From: Haliotis rubra
Lineage: Eukaryota
Reading direction: 5' to 3'
Assembly: GCF_003918875.1 (NCBI RefSeq)
Contig: NW_025767020.1
Span: 930,001-994,000, forward strand
Length of the DNA: 64,000 bases
A model generated the notes under the pieces. That model searched no databases, was not told where the DNA came from, and saw only the letters and a program-made list of their open reading frames with translations. Shown here piece after piece: positions 1 through 12,261 of this stretch (the first letter of the stretch is position 1; each line of letters begins with the position of its first letter). The translations under genes were made by a program, and so were the position numbers.

Positions 1-947
1 ATCTGTGAAGATCCGGGTAGAATTGGTCTTCAGTTATTTACAGAACTCTGCCAACAGCTGGAAAATTGCCAAGGGGCGTTATACAACAAACATAACAATA
101 GTCGTGTGACCTCGAGACACCTAGATATACGTTATCTTTTCACGGGTCCTAAGGTCATAGTGACATCAGCCAAAGGGGGTCAAGTTTACTGCTAAACAGA
201 CGGCTGTGATCACATCCATAATCTCAAACTCACTTTGGAACTGATAATTTTGGCTGTGGAAAAAATGTTTTTACCGATTCTGTGTTTGACTTGTTCATAT
301 TATTGGGAAATATTCCCTGTACAAATGCAAGCCGAATTCTGCTTTAACAAATTTTGCTCAGTTCAGAAGTGAGTTGAGACTGAGATATAGTATAGAAATA
401 TTGTATATACTTTAATAAAAACTGTAATGCCGAAATTTATTCTAAATGGCTCATGCATCATGGCTTATTCAAAGACGACTGAATTATAATTTGCTAAATC
501 AATTTGTTGGATAATTTAAAATAAGCTTATGTTTGTGAGAATAGTGAGTGAATGGTTTGTCTTTTTACATTAAAGCTATACAGAATGCGACAGAATGAAG
601 GCCAACCTGTCCAGTCATGCAACGGGGGTATATCGCCATCCGGAATGTAGCAGTTTTACGCCGCACTCAGCAATATCCCAACTATATGGCGGCGGTCCGG
701 AATATCGACTAAAAATAACTCAGTGATACGGTTGTTTTGAAACAAATCCGATTGTCGTGCTCCAAATTTGTTATGTGTATAGTCGTTGTTTAGTGTTGAA
801 TTGTCCGCTGATATTCGCGGATGATTATGCATAGAACGATAATCTCAAAGGTTTTTGGTTAATTGACTGAATCTTGATACAAATGCCAGTATTCAGAATG
901 AGTAACAAGTCGTCCTCCATGTGTCTGAGATAATCCGTACAGGGCAG

Positions 948-1085
948 TTAGTCTGTCTCACAGTCCCTGAACCACATTATTTCCCCTCTGCCTTGCCCTC
1001 CCTGCAATGCTGAAGCTCCAAATGAGGGCAGTCTAGATTTCCCCAGGTGAATCTCTCAATGCACTGGGTCTCTTTTTCAATTAAA
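948..1085. repeat. Dispersed repeat of ~130 bp; reverse-complement copies at ~14500-14616 and ~30939-31070
   Basis: gtctgtctcacagtccctgaacc...ctgcaatgctgaagctccaaatgagggcagtctagatttcccc matches, as reverse complement, ...tagacttgcttcatttagggcttt...gcattgc...gggactgtga at both other sites. Confidence 0.7.
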
Positions 1086-1680
1086 ATTGTTTGTTTTTTT
1101 GTCAGTATCAAACTTATATATACATATATATACATTCAGGGACAAAGCGTTAGTCTTAGGGGCAGTTCTCGTTTAACAGAAGCCCGGTTATGTGGAACCG
1201 TACCGCACGTGCTGCATGCGGGCATATTCCGCACGTGCCTTACGTGCAAAGCTAACTATCAGTTGAAAATAATGGGATCCGCCCAAGGAATATGACTGTT
1301 GATTTTCACATAAGCACCTTACATTTCCACCTTCCCGCACTCATTCTGCCTTTTCAAAACACAGCAACAGTCAATGACTCCGCAATGGATCATGCAGCTA
1401 ACATGATGGAAACACATGTCAATATGATGACTTGTTTAGTTTATACCAGACGGCTCATGCAACAGTGTTAAACACGCCAAATAAACACCTGGGTATATCG
1501 CATTTCACACTGATCTTTAGCTGACTACAACTGTTATATTGTTTAGTTATGATGACATAACTTTATATGAAATGTTACCTACCTAAAAGATTGATTTTCT
1601 GTGTGTTGTGACGAGCAGTCTCGAAATTGACAGTTGGTGCGCTTGGACTCACCGAAACAACGCGAATGAACTTTCACGGA

Positions 1681-1766
1681 CCATTTGTTATCATTCGCCC
1701 CTTTCCGTAACCTGCAAGAAGCGCTATTCGGCTTTTCCCGGAATAGCACCTGTGGGCCGCGAATGG
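1681..1766. repeat. Miniature inverted-repeat element of ~85 bp (CCATTyG...CGAATGG ends); opposite-orientation copies at ~34537-34580, ~35256-35340 and ~48905-48978
   Basis: Shared core cattcgtgacccactcgtgttattccgggacaagccgaatagc...gttacggaaaggggcgagtggtgacgaatgg, with complementary termini. Confidence 0.65.
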
Positions 1767-1946
1767 TAAAGACACAAGCGCCCAGACACGACCACTATCT
1801 GGGTCAGTATGATATGGCGTGGCTTGTGAAAGCGCCTTGTGGCTGACTCACATTAATATATTCATGTTGTGAGGACCAACCTATCCAGGCGAGTAAATAT
1901 TTTACCATAAAAGAGTGACAATTAAGTCAGGTTTATTGGCTCATCA

Positions 1947-2099
1947 NNNNNNNNNNNNNNNNNNNNNNNNNNNNNNNNNNNNNNNNNNNNNNNNNNNNNN
2001 NNNNNNNNNNNNNNNNNNNNNNNNNNNNNNNNNNNNNNNNNNNNNNNNNNNNNNNNNNNNNNNNNNNNNNNNNNNNNNNNNNNNNNNNNNNNNNNNNNN
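1947..2099. other. Assembly gap (N run)
   Basis: Run of N. Confidence 1.
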
Positions 2100-2235
2100 A
2101 AATAAATAATAATATGAAAACCTATTTAACAATTATCTATTTTAGTGAAAATCACAATTCACACCATTTTTATAATTCCAATTCCTGCCTATCAGTTCGG
2201 ATCCTTGAGCTGTGGGCTAGCCTAATGGGCCCAGG

Positions 2236-3698
2236 TGTCGAGAAGCATCCCTATGCCCGGATTTCAATTTATCTGCGACTCGTCCGGTTAACTGAGGACT
2301 GTGTTGTTTTTCCGGATTTTTTCTTTTGGTACTGTACATTATGGGTAATACACGCGAGATGAGAGCACGTGTCCTGTTTTGCCTTGAAGTTGACAACCAC
2401 TTGACTGAGAAGTGCCCTGATAGATTTTTCATGGTCCCGCGAGCCGGATGGTAACCCCAGTCTTACGTTGCCATTGAATATGAACGTTGCCATTGCCGGT
2501 AAGAACGACAGTGATGAAATTCGTCAGCCAGCCGAGAGAGGTGCTCGGTTTTCGTCGCGCGACAGACGACCTCCGAGGTATCTTTCTGACTATGTTTTGG
2601 ACAGATATTTAAACGAGTCATATCGACCTGCTTGACAAAATGGACACTGATGCCTACTTGATGGCACTACGGCGTTTCATAGCACGTCGAGGGAAGCCAT
2701 TTGAGATTTGGTCAGACAATGGAACCAATTTCAAAGGAGGAGTCAAGGAACTCAATGAGGCATGGGCAGTAATGGTGCCATCATTAACAACACAACTTGC
2801 TAAACAGAAGATTCGCTTCCACTTTAACCCGCCAAGTGCCCCACACTTTGGAGGTGTATGGGAGAGAGAAATTAAATCAGTGAAGTATGGGCTTAGAGTT
2901 GCCCTCGGAGATCAAAGTGTCACAGAACCAGTACTCCAGACTGTATTGGCCGAAGTAGAAGGAATCCTAAACTCAAAGCCTTTGGGTTATGTGTCGTCAG
3001 ATGTAAGTGACATTGACCCGGTGACTCCAAACATACTTCTGAACGGTCGCAGAGACAGTTCTATGCCACAGGTTGTGTATCCAGAAGACGAGATACTTGG
3101 TCGCCGCAGATGGCGGCACAGTCAAGTTCTTGCTGATCATTTTTGGAAACATTTTATTCGTGACTACTTACCCAAGCTACAGTTGAGGCAGAAATGGCAG
3201 AACGATCGCAAGGATCATAAGGACATTGAGTGTGGAGATGTTGTGATGGTCTTAGACCCGCAGAGTGTTAGAGCTGCATGGCAAGTCGGTAGAGTAAATG
3301 AGACTTTCCCAGGGGTTGACGGTAGGATTCGATCAGCTGCTGTTCAGGTTGATGGTCAGCGGATCCTGAGACCTGTCTGTCGACTTATCCTACTACCTGT
3401 GTGCCCTGACGAATAACAGATCATGGACATGTCCTGTGCTGATAATAGAGACATTATTAGGTAATCGTTTATTTTCAAATTTGTGTCAAATTTGGTGGCG
3501 GCTGTCGAGAAGCATCCCTATGCCCGGATTTCAATTTATCTGCGACTCGTCCGGTTAACTGAGGACTGTGTTGTTTTTCCGGATTTTTTCTTTTGGTACT
3601 GTACATTATTGGTAATACACGAGAGATGAGAGCACGTGTCCTGTTTTGCCTTGAAGTTGACAACCACTTGACTGAGAAGTGCCCTGATAGATTTTTCA
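2236..3698 (+). mobile_element. Internally deleted, non-autonomous BEL/Pao LTR retrotransposon, 1463 bp. LTRs at 2236-2431 and 3503-3698 (196 bp, TG...CA); 5-bp TSD CCAGG
   Basis: The two LTRs differ at 2 positions by eye. CCAGG lies at 2231-2235 and 3699-3703. PBS TGGTCCCGCGAGCCGGAT directly follows the 5' LTR and resembles the tRNA-Tyr PBS TGGTCCTTCGAGCCGGA. A G-rich tract precedes the 3' LTR. The internal ORF is a BEL-type integrase. Confidence 0.95.
2640..3416 (+). CDS. BEL/Pao integrase core plus C-terminal (DUF5641-like) domain, N-terminally truncated; 258-aa open frame
   Basis: Motifs ALRRFIARRG, SDNGTNF, PHFGGVWEREIKSVK, EVEGILNSKPL, FWKHF..DYL..LQ.RQKW and G.DGRIRSA. The zinc-binding domain and first catalytic Asp are absent. 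Confidence 0.9.
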   Translation: MDTDAYLMALRRFIARRGKPFEIWSDNGTNFKGGVKELNEAWAVMVPSLTTQLAKQKIRFHFNPPSAPHFGGVWEREIKSVKYGLRVALGDQSVTEPVLQTVLAEVEGILNSKPLGYVSSDVSDIDPVTPNILLNGRRDSSMPQVVYPEDEILGRRRWRHSQVLADHFWKHFIRDYLPKLQLRQKWQNDRKDHKDIECGDVVMVLDPQSVRAAWQVGRVNETFPGVDGRIRSAAVQVDGQRILRPVCRLILLPVCPDE

Positions 3699-3990
3699 CC
3701 AGGGGTCGGTCGTCTCGCCTGAAGGCCTAGAATCGCTTCCCCAAGTGGATAAATGTGAATAACGAAGAATACGACTTTATGGAATACAACTACTTGTTTA
3801 TTGCACGTTTAGGTGTAGATTCTAACACCGTTATCAAGCCAGTGCTTAAACATTCCCCAAAGTGTCAAGTTCAACCCTTTGCCGGGTGGGCCAAACATCA
3901 CAACGAAAAGTGCACAGAATTCATTTTCACTGATGAGCAAGTTGTACTTCCAACCCAGCACAGAAAGCCTGTCAAGCTTCAAACCCAGAA

Positions 3991-4137
3991 GGGTGGTGGG
4001 GTAGCGTAGTGGTTCGGGTTCGATCCCCCACATGGGTACGATGTGTGAAATTCATTTCTGGTGTCCCCTCCGTGATATTGCTGGAATATTGCCAAACACG
4101 GAGTAAACCTAAACTCACTCACTCACTCACTCACTCA
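3991..4137 (+). mobile_element. tRNA(Asp-like)-headed SINE (family S2, ~170 bp, (ACTC)n tail), internally deleted copy
   Basis: ggtggtggggtagcgtagtggtt...gggttcgatccccacatgggtac...gatattgctggaatattg...aaactcactcactc. Same family as copies at ~17862, 18600, 28198, 31936, 32330, 35429, 41048, 43622, 45375, 50137, 51690 and 52020. Confidence 0.85.
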
Positions 4138-4831
4138 AACCAGGACTTCAAACTGGGTAGTGTTAAACAGTAAATGGTGACACTATACAAGAAGTCTGTT
4201 CTCCTCCAAAAACGCTCCAACCAGGACCTGACGAAAGCAGAGGAAACAGGGTTGTGTTAGGTAACATGACAGTGATAGGTTAACAAACCACATTAGCCGA
4301 GAGATCGTTAGTCGACGCACCATTAGCTCTCTATTTTAGAGTCTCTATTTTATATTAAAACTACAAAATTGCAAATATTTTCACATATAACCTCACAGCA
4401 AAGGGGGGGGGGAGGGAGGTGTGGCCAACCGAAGACTATAACCATCATACAAAATATCGGATCAGTCAACCGTGTGATTTTGTAGGAAAATTGCTTAACG
4501 CGACGTAATACTAAACTCACTCACTAACTCACTCAACAAAGCCTTGGAAGCCCGACTACGACTATTATGACGAATGGCGTGACATCTTTTCGGGGCAATG
4601 TTTTTCAAAGAACAATCTTCAGCTCAGAAACGTTGCCTTAAATGAACAGTTAAAACAGAACAGAAATAAAGTTGTTTTAACCATAAGCATCACGAAAACA
4701 CAGAAGCTAATTGCATCGTCTGACACTGTAGCATTTTTTTAAGCTGTGTCACGTGCTGACAATCTGAACAATTAGAGGGACACGTTGCTAGTGACCACGG
4801 CTGACCACTCCCACACCATGATGATGAGATA

Positions 4832-5030
4832 ACCACAAGTGACACAACGTTTTCGCAACGTTGTGGGAAGGTTGTAGATTGGTAACTTTTTGACACAACG
4901 TCACAACGTTAGTATTACGTCATTTTATAACGTTATGTGACAACGTAATAACAACGTTGCAAATTTACGTTGAGGAAACGTTATGCTTTGGGCTCTTCAC
5001 AACATCATAACAACGTTTCTTATAACTTGT
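4832..5030. repeat. ACAACGT-rich subterminal-repeat segment, probably a fragment of a non-autonomous DNA transposon
   Basis: Dense clustering of (ac)aacgtt/aacgt motifs in both orientations. Confidence 0.4.
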
Positions 5031-5746
5031 CACGAGTTTTCTGTAAAACTTTTCACTTTGAGATTCTAGCTTCACTATTTAGCTATAGCTTCAGAAAACA
5101 CAAGACCAAAACAACATGCCACGGGATCCACGAACAGAACTACATTGCTAGAACTCTGAATGTGCCCTGTTTTACAAGTTATGGCACCCTAAATCTGCAC
5201 AGGCTTATTCTATAAAGATGTGCAACAAACCCAAGATACAGACATTTGCAATTTACATCTCTGAGCAGCACAGATTGTGGATAAAAGAAGACAATTAACG
5301 TGTAAATAGTAAATGTTTTGTATTGGTAAACAATTACTGACACAGACATTAACATACATATAGTACACATTTCATTGGTAGTATTCTTGTAAATTAAGCA
5401 TAGTAAATGGTTCCACTCTTAGTTTTACATGTTATTAAGGTACAAACAGAGATATGTTTTATGTATCTTCAGTGATATAATAGTTACGAATGTCTTTATA
5501 GCACTGTTATTTCTTAAATATATGTATACTGTCTCCACCAGAGGTATACGCCGCACATACATTTAAAACATACATTTCATCTTCTTTTCATATTAAGCCA
5601 ACAGTGAAGACATGCATCAGTGTCTCCTCTTGTCTCGGTCGAAAGTATAAAATGTCCACATTCCATTCACTAAGTTCAATATTACTGGATGCAGTTTCAC
5701 AAACTTTCAGGAATAATATGAACTTTTTTATCTGTACATTTGCATT

Positions 5747-6802
5747 TCATTGCAATAAATCCCAATATTGTGTTCGCTTTTTACCATTAAACTTCATTGT
5801 GCCTACTGCTGTGCCTGATATTGACTGAAACAGGAACACCTTTTCAGCATCTGTCAGTATCTTGCGAGTAGAAACATAAGAAGAATAATATGAAATATCG
5901 AGCAGACTAAACCGAATTTTGAACAGCAATTCACCAAGAATTTCCCTCAAATTCGAATCGTGTACAGGTTTGTGTTGACGTTTACATTCCGCCTCTGCCC
6001 AGCGAAGCATTGCCTCGAAGACGACGCTTTCCTCACAAGCCAAAGAATTTGAGGAAATTACATCAGAAACGCATGCGCGCGAGAGCAAAAGGAATCCGGT
6101 TGTTTGCAACACTTCCGTCCCCTGTTGGTGAATGAAGGAGAGACAACTCTGGTACAACTGTTCCTCGTCAAAGAAGTGAGCTTGTTCGAACAAGGAACAC
6201 ACGTTGTCGACAGACATCATGTTCTTGATGAAGTCCACGCACTTGGTCAACAGAGACTGAACGTTGTACTTCTTGCCGCAGTAAAGGACGGACAGCACGT
6301 TGTCCATGGCAACGAGTATTTCATCACAGTACAGGTAGCTAAAACATAAAACATTACTATCTTATCATTATATTGTACAGATTGAAAATAGTATGCAGCA
6401 GAGAGGGATTGGGTGATCCTCAGGGTCAGGGTGGTAAGGCTGGAGTCAGTAAACATACTCATATTACCCAGTAATTAATCACAGTGTTCCAAAGAAATTA
6501 GACCGACCATACCGTAAGAATATCTTGAAGGGTTCCAGCTCGATATCAGGAACATCGACGTCATCACTTTGTGGAATCGATCCGTTGAACATGGTAAAGA
6601 AGACGTCACTCCTGGCACCCAGCACATACTTGTGGGCACCTACCGGCGACTTCGACTGCCCGACCTTGAACTTGACGTCACATGCAAGCTGTTGGTCAAG
6701 CATCCGTCGGTTACATCCAATGACTGTGTCTTCAGAGTTGACCACGGTATCTTGTCGAAAATGTTGAGCTGTTCGTATTATATTAAAGGTATTAATATAC
6801 AT
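5747..6802 (-). CDS. BTB/POZ-BACK domain protein (BTBD1/2/3/6-like, no PHR domain visible). Exons ~6802-6513 and 6338-5747; N-terminus unresolved (candidate ATGs 6900/6909 are out of frame)
   Basis: BTB: CNRRMLDQQLACDVKFKVG..AHKYVLGARSDVFFTMF..VPDIELEPFKIFLR|YLYCDEI, joined by a phase-2 GT-AG intron (6512-6339). BACK: NVCSLFEQAHFFDE..LYQSCL..E..VFEAMLRWAEAEC..LFKIRF. Stop TGA at 5749-5747. Confidence 0.85.
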
Positions 6803-6937
6803 GCCTTTGCCAGTTAGGAACTCATGAACTAAAAGTCAACGGACTGGGACTTATACTTGCAGGTATGATAAACTTCAATTTCGCAACCCATATCAGCCAT
6901 TGTTAGCATCTTTATTGTGCTTCCAAGTCTGTGGAAT

Positions 6938-6948
6938 TGCGCATGCGT
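6938..6948. promoter_or_regulatory. NRF-1-like palindrome TGCGCATGCGT at the LINE 5' end, between divergent BTB and ORF1 start codons
   Basis: Close match to the YGCGCAYGCGCR consensus; function untested. Confidence 0.3.
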
Positions 6949-6987
6949 GAGCTTGTGTGTTGACGTGTCAATCACGAGCTCTAAAAA

Positions 6988-7989
6988 ATGGGCATTTCTT
7001 TAGCCCAATACAGAGTCAAAATAGGCACCTTTTGTCAACCAAGCAAAACAAAATGTCAGTGTTTACATGGACTAAAACTTGAGAGGCATTATCTTTCGCT
7101 AGGAGTGCGTTGGATGTGTCTGATGAGTGTCCTACTTATCACATGTGGCGATGTCGAGTCGAACCCGGGACCCACTACACGACAACAAACACTGGCTGTG
7201 GACGAATCGGGTGCACTGGGCATAAACGTGAGTGAAAAGGACAACACTGATATATTGACAATACTCCTTGAAATGAAAGTTGATATCAAATCTATGAACA
7301 AAAACTTTGTAAATCTCGGCGACAAGGTTGACAAGATGGCGTCAGATTTTAGCAGCCAATTTCATCAACTACAACAAGAAAATAAAGAGCTAAAGTCAAA
7401 ACTATCAGCCATGGAAGATAAGATTACCGACTTCGAATCTAGGAACCGAAGAGAAAATCTAATTGTCCATGGGATCCCCGGTGATAAAGGTGAGACGTGG
7501 GAGCAATCGGAGAGTAAGGTGCGCATATGGACAACGCCAATGGGATAGTGATAATACGAGCACATCGGTTAAATCCACGGAAGCCAGGTTCTCCAATCAT
7601 CGCTAAATTCTTGACGTCTAAAGATAAGAGCGACATCTTCAAGGCAGCACGAACCGACAGGACGGAGGGATCACAACATAAGCGTGTGACAGAGGATTTC
7701 CCCCCAGAAAATACGAGAGGACAGGCGAGCACTCTCACCTTGGTTTGTGAAGGCAAGGAATGCAGGAAACAACCCGAAAATGAGACAAAATAAGCTGATT
7801 GTAAATGGTCAAGTGTTTGTGTACGATAGGGACTCTCAGAACATTGTAAAAGAGAAAGGATCGCGCAAAGAACTACCCCACACAAACAATAACACAACCA
7901 CGTGGGCAGGTTTGTTTGGACCCGGAAATGAAACTGACAAGCAAGGTGAAGGACGGAGCCAGTTGGGAAGTAAACAAACCGACGAATGA
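6988..7989 (+). pseudogene. LINE ORF1: N-terminal peptide, 2A-like motif, coiled coil and RRM-like domain; two frameshifts (~7520 and ~7700-7750)
   Basis: MGISLAQYRVKIGTF...LLITCGDVESNPGP; coiled coil (QLQQENKELKSKLSAMEDKITDFESRNRRENLIVHGIP); RAHRL..PIIAKF; NKLIVNGQVF. Confidence 0.85.
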
Positions 7990-10900
7990 TACGATGGTCA
8001 TGGCCCTACTTTCAACATTTTGACGTGGAATATCGGTGGTCTAAATAAACATGATAATGAATTTTCTCAGGTGAAACCTTTGTGTCATAATTTCGATGTT
8101 GTATGTTTCTGCGAATCATTTGTGAAAGCTCAAAACGAATTTTCGGCATTCTTGTCCGGTTTTCGAGCAGTCAACGCTGTGAGAGATAAAATGAAACAAC
8201 TAGGCCGTCACAGTGGCGGTGTCACCGTCTTGATAAAGGAGAAATGGCTACATGATAATCTAATTACAAGGCTTTATGACCACTTCCAGAATACTGTTGT
8301 TCCACTTTTTTCAACCAAATGTTTGCATTGGGAAAAAGACACTCTGTTGATGTTTACTTATATCTCACCAGAGGGCTCTCCAGTGTATGACAATAGTGAC
8401 AATGATGGAATTGACACCCTTGAACATTATATAAACATTATAGCTGCTGATCACCCGGACAAACAATTATTTCTAGCTGGTGACCTAAATGCTAGGACTA
8501 AAGACTTTTTGGATTTCATTCCTAATGATAATATTGATTTTATTGTGAGAGATGTTGATGATTATCCTTCAGATGATTTTGAAATGCCAAGATCAAGTAA
8601 AGATAACTTATATCATAATAACTTTGGCAAAAAACTGATGGAATTGTGCTGTACATTTGGAATCCATATCATGAATGGTAGACTATTTGAGGATAAACAA
8701 GGGCAGTTTACTTGTGTTACACATAACGGTTCTAGTCTAGTAGACTACATGATTGCATCGACATCTGTGTTTCCTAGAGTTCCTGATTTTGGTGTTGGTA
8801 CTTGTGATGTGTCTGATCATTTCCCTATTTACTGCTCTCTGAACATCCAGCTACCCAACATGGTTGGTGCACTACAGCCAACTGTACTATCAAATTCTCC
8901 AACTAGTAATTCTGCAGAGAGCAATTCAACAACAATATGGACTAAATATGTGTGGAATGGAGAGCTCTGTGATCTATTTATCTCTAAGTTGCAAGAATTG
9001 TTTGAAAATCTACGTAGTAAATTATATCACTGTATAGACACCAATATTGAAGATTCATTAAATGTTTTCACTGAACTGTATCAGCGAGCTGCAGACCACA
9101 ATAAGAAGATATTTTCAGGTTACCATGATATTAACTCTAAACCTCAACCCCCATGGTGGGACCAAGAACTCGAACAATTAAAACATATGAAATATAAAGC
9201 ATTAAGAGATCATAGAGACACTAACTTGGATATTGTGATTTATAAAACTCTACGTAAATCTTTCAAGAAGACTTTTAACAGCAAACGAAGAGCATACTTC
9301 GATGTACAAAAAGAGAAACTTATTGCAGCAAGAGACAACCCAAAGGAATTCTGGAAAACATTAAAGCAATCAGGTTTAACCTCAACATGTGACACTACGT
9401 ACAATATAAGCTGTGAAGACTGGTTCAGTTACTTCTCAGGGCTTCTAACTGAGAATTCTGGTAATGAGTATGACAGTGATATCAATTCAGAGTCCATCAA
9501 GGATGAAGAGCTAAAAACATTAAATTGTGACATTACTGAAAACAAAGTCTTACTTCACATTGATAAACTGGCAAAAAAAAGTCTCCTGGACCAGATGGTA
9601 TTGCAATTGACTTTATTAAAGCTTCTAAGACTTTTATCAGCAATTATTTTACAGTGTTGTTTAACAAGATTTTCCAAGACAGTATTTTTCCGGAGCTTTG
9701 GGGTAAAAGCATTATCTGTCCTTTTTACAAATCTGGTGTAAAAAGTAACCCCAATAATTATAGAGGTATCTCTCTTATTGATTCTGTGTGTAAAATATTC
9801 ACTTCCATTCTTAACAGTAGATTACAGGTTTGGTGTGAGGAGAAGAATATTATTCATGAAGCTCAGGCAGGATTCAGGAGTAATTATTCTACTACTGACC
9901 ACATTTTCTCACTTCAAGCTATGGTACAGAAATATTCATGTAAGAAGAAAGGAAGGTTCTATTGTCTGTTTATAGATTTCTCAAAGGCCTTTGATACAGT
10001 TAATCATAAAATTCTTCTGTCAAGTCTAGAAAAAGTTGGTGTTGGTGGTAAATTCTATAACATCCTTGAATCAATGTATGGTAGGTTGTCAGCTTGTGTC
10101 AGAACATCTCAAGGCCTTTCAAGCTATTTTGATTGTAGTATAGGTACTAGGCAGGGTTGCATCCTCAGTCCCCAATTGTTTATTATCTTTATTAATCAGC
10201 TTATGGAAAATATGGAGCAATTTGGTGGCCGTGGTATATTTATTACACCTGATGTTAATAATCTATATGCTCTAATGTTTGCGGATGATGTTTCCTCAGT
10301 CTCGGATACTGCTCTCCAGCTTCAGAAGAAGATTCATGGGCTTGAAAATTTTTGTCAACTCACCGGTATGAAGGTCAATATTAATAAGACTAAAGTTATT
10401 GTTTTCAGGAATAGCGGGCCCCTTAGACAGTATGAAAAGTGGTTTCTTAATGGGCAAAGGCTGGAAGTTGTCTCATACTACAGGTACTTGGGTATTGTGT
10501 TCACTCCTAGGCTAGTTTGGACTAAAGCTCACACTACTCTTGCTTCTCAAGCCAATAAAGCCCTTATGGCTATCTATAGATATCAAAAGAGTAGGTTATC
10601 TGTCATGTGCGGATCTTTTTAAAGTATTTGATGCTATGGTTAAACCTATTCTTTGTTACGGTTCAGAAATTTGGGGTGTTACCCATTGTAAAATCATTGA
10701 ACAAATCCAGATAAAGACATGTAAATATTTCTTAAAAGTTGGTAAAAATACATGCAACAATATGGTTCTTGGTGAATGTGGCAGATTCCCTCTTCAACTT
10801 ACTTATATGTCAAGGGCAGTTAAATATTGGTGTAGACTTTTAACTCTTCCAAGTTGTAGATTACCTCATCAGTTTTATTTAATGCTTAAGTCTTTGGATG

Positions 10901-11480
10901 AATCTGGACGGACGACATGGGCATCTCATATCAAGAATATTTTATTTAGATTTGGCTTTGGCTTTGCTTGGATTCACAGGATATTGGAGATATTGATGGT
11001 TTCATTTCTGTTTTTAAGCAAAGATTGTCTGATAATCTTTCACAAGAGTGGTACTCATCCCTACATAGTACAACCAAGTGTTCTAATTATATTCTTTTCA
11101 AGTCCCTCCTGAATGTTGAAACTTATCTCAGTTTAGGTATTGCCCCATATTTAAGAAATTGTTTAACAAAATTTAGATGCGGTAAATTTAAACTTAGTTC
11201 TGAGACCGGTAGATATAACAATGTCCCTTATTATTCAAGATTCTGTCATTTTTGCTACAAAAATAATCTGAATTTAATTGAAGATGAAATACATGTTTTA
11301 CTTTATTGTAAAGCCTACTTAGATATAAGGAATAAGTTTCTTGGTAAATATTTGAAACATTCTATTTCACAACACAGTTTTATAAACATAATGACTTCAA
11401 AAAACATAAATGTTATAAATAATTTGTGCCTATTTTTATATAATGTTGGGAAAATAAGAGATTCTGATGTTTTTATGTAA
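7990..11480 (+). pseudogene. LINE ORF2: apurinic endonuclease, reverse transcriptase and CCHC-type C-terminus; frameshifts at ~9575, ~10590 and ~10970
   Basis: APE: TWNIGGL, CFCES, GDLNAR, VDY, SDHFP. RT: YRGISL, DFSKAFD, RQGCILSP.LF, FADD, YRYLG. C-terminus: ETGRY..RFCHFC..EDEIHVLLYCKAY. Confidence 0.95.
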
Positions 11481-12261
11481 AAAAATGGCAAGCAAAATGG
11501 CAAAAAATGGCCATAAAGATGGTGTATCGAGGAAGATTCGACTGGAGGCAAGACACTATGTATAACGATCATTCTTTAACATTGCACTAAGGTTACCTTT
11601 GTGACTTACGATCACCTTAGTGCTTTGTGAAAGGAGGCCCTGATCAATATCAATAAATGATCCGAATTTATTTAACCTTTGTCCCACGACCATATTTATA
11701 TAATTCTTCTTCTGACAGAATTACTTCAGTAGCAAAATGTTTAAAGGCAAGTACATTCTGCAGCAAATACGATGGAAAATTATCAGAATTGTTGCTCCCT
11801 TCGTTTTGAATTTTCTGCCCCACTTCATCGCCACGCTGAAAGGGTCGTTGTCAGCACGAGTTCAGAACACAGTACAGAAACGTACCCCCAGTCAAAATCT
11901 GAATACAGAAACGTACCCCAAGGGCGAATTCATTCCGCATTGGGCCGTTTTCTTGCTTGGAACTGTCATACTGTTGTATTAGATGCATTTGATTGGGTTA
12001 TATAAAAAAACAAGCATACGCAGTGACGAATATTTCGCGATGCACTATACTACTTGCAATAATAACTACATTCGGTATGGGTTTGGGGTTGCGGAATATG
12101 GATTTGTCCGTCGTTTAGGGTACCGGGTACATTTATGTATTTTGACTGTGGTAAGGGCACATTTCTGAATACTGAAACGTACCTGGGGTAGATATTTGTT
12201 GAACCTGTGCCGACCCCTTGAGCCATAGCAGAGACCATTTAATAAAATTCAATAGTCACCT

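Larger units (their letters stand above)
6940..11520 (+). mobile_element. Near-full-length non-LTR retrotransposon (APE-RT, RTEX-like); ORF1 + ORF2 with several frameshifts
   Basis: ORF1 6988-7989 and ORF2 7990-11480 carry APE, RT and C-terminal Cys/His motifs. Ends are approximate and no TSD was identified. Confidence 0.92.

Noticed and set aside
1915-2132. ORFs spanning N runs (also 18162-18641)
   Set aside because: Artefacts of assembly gaps.
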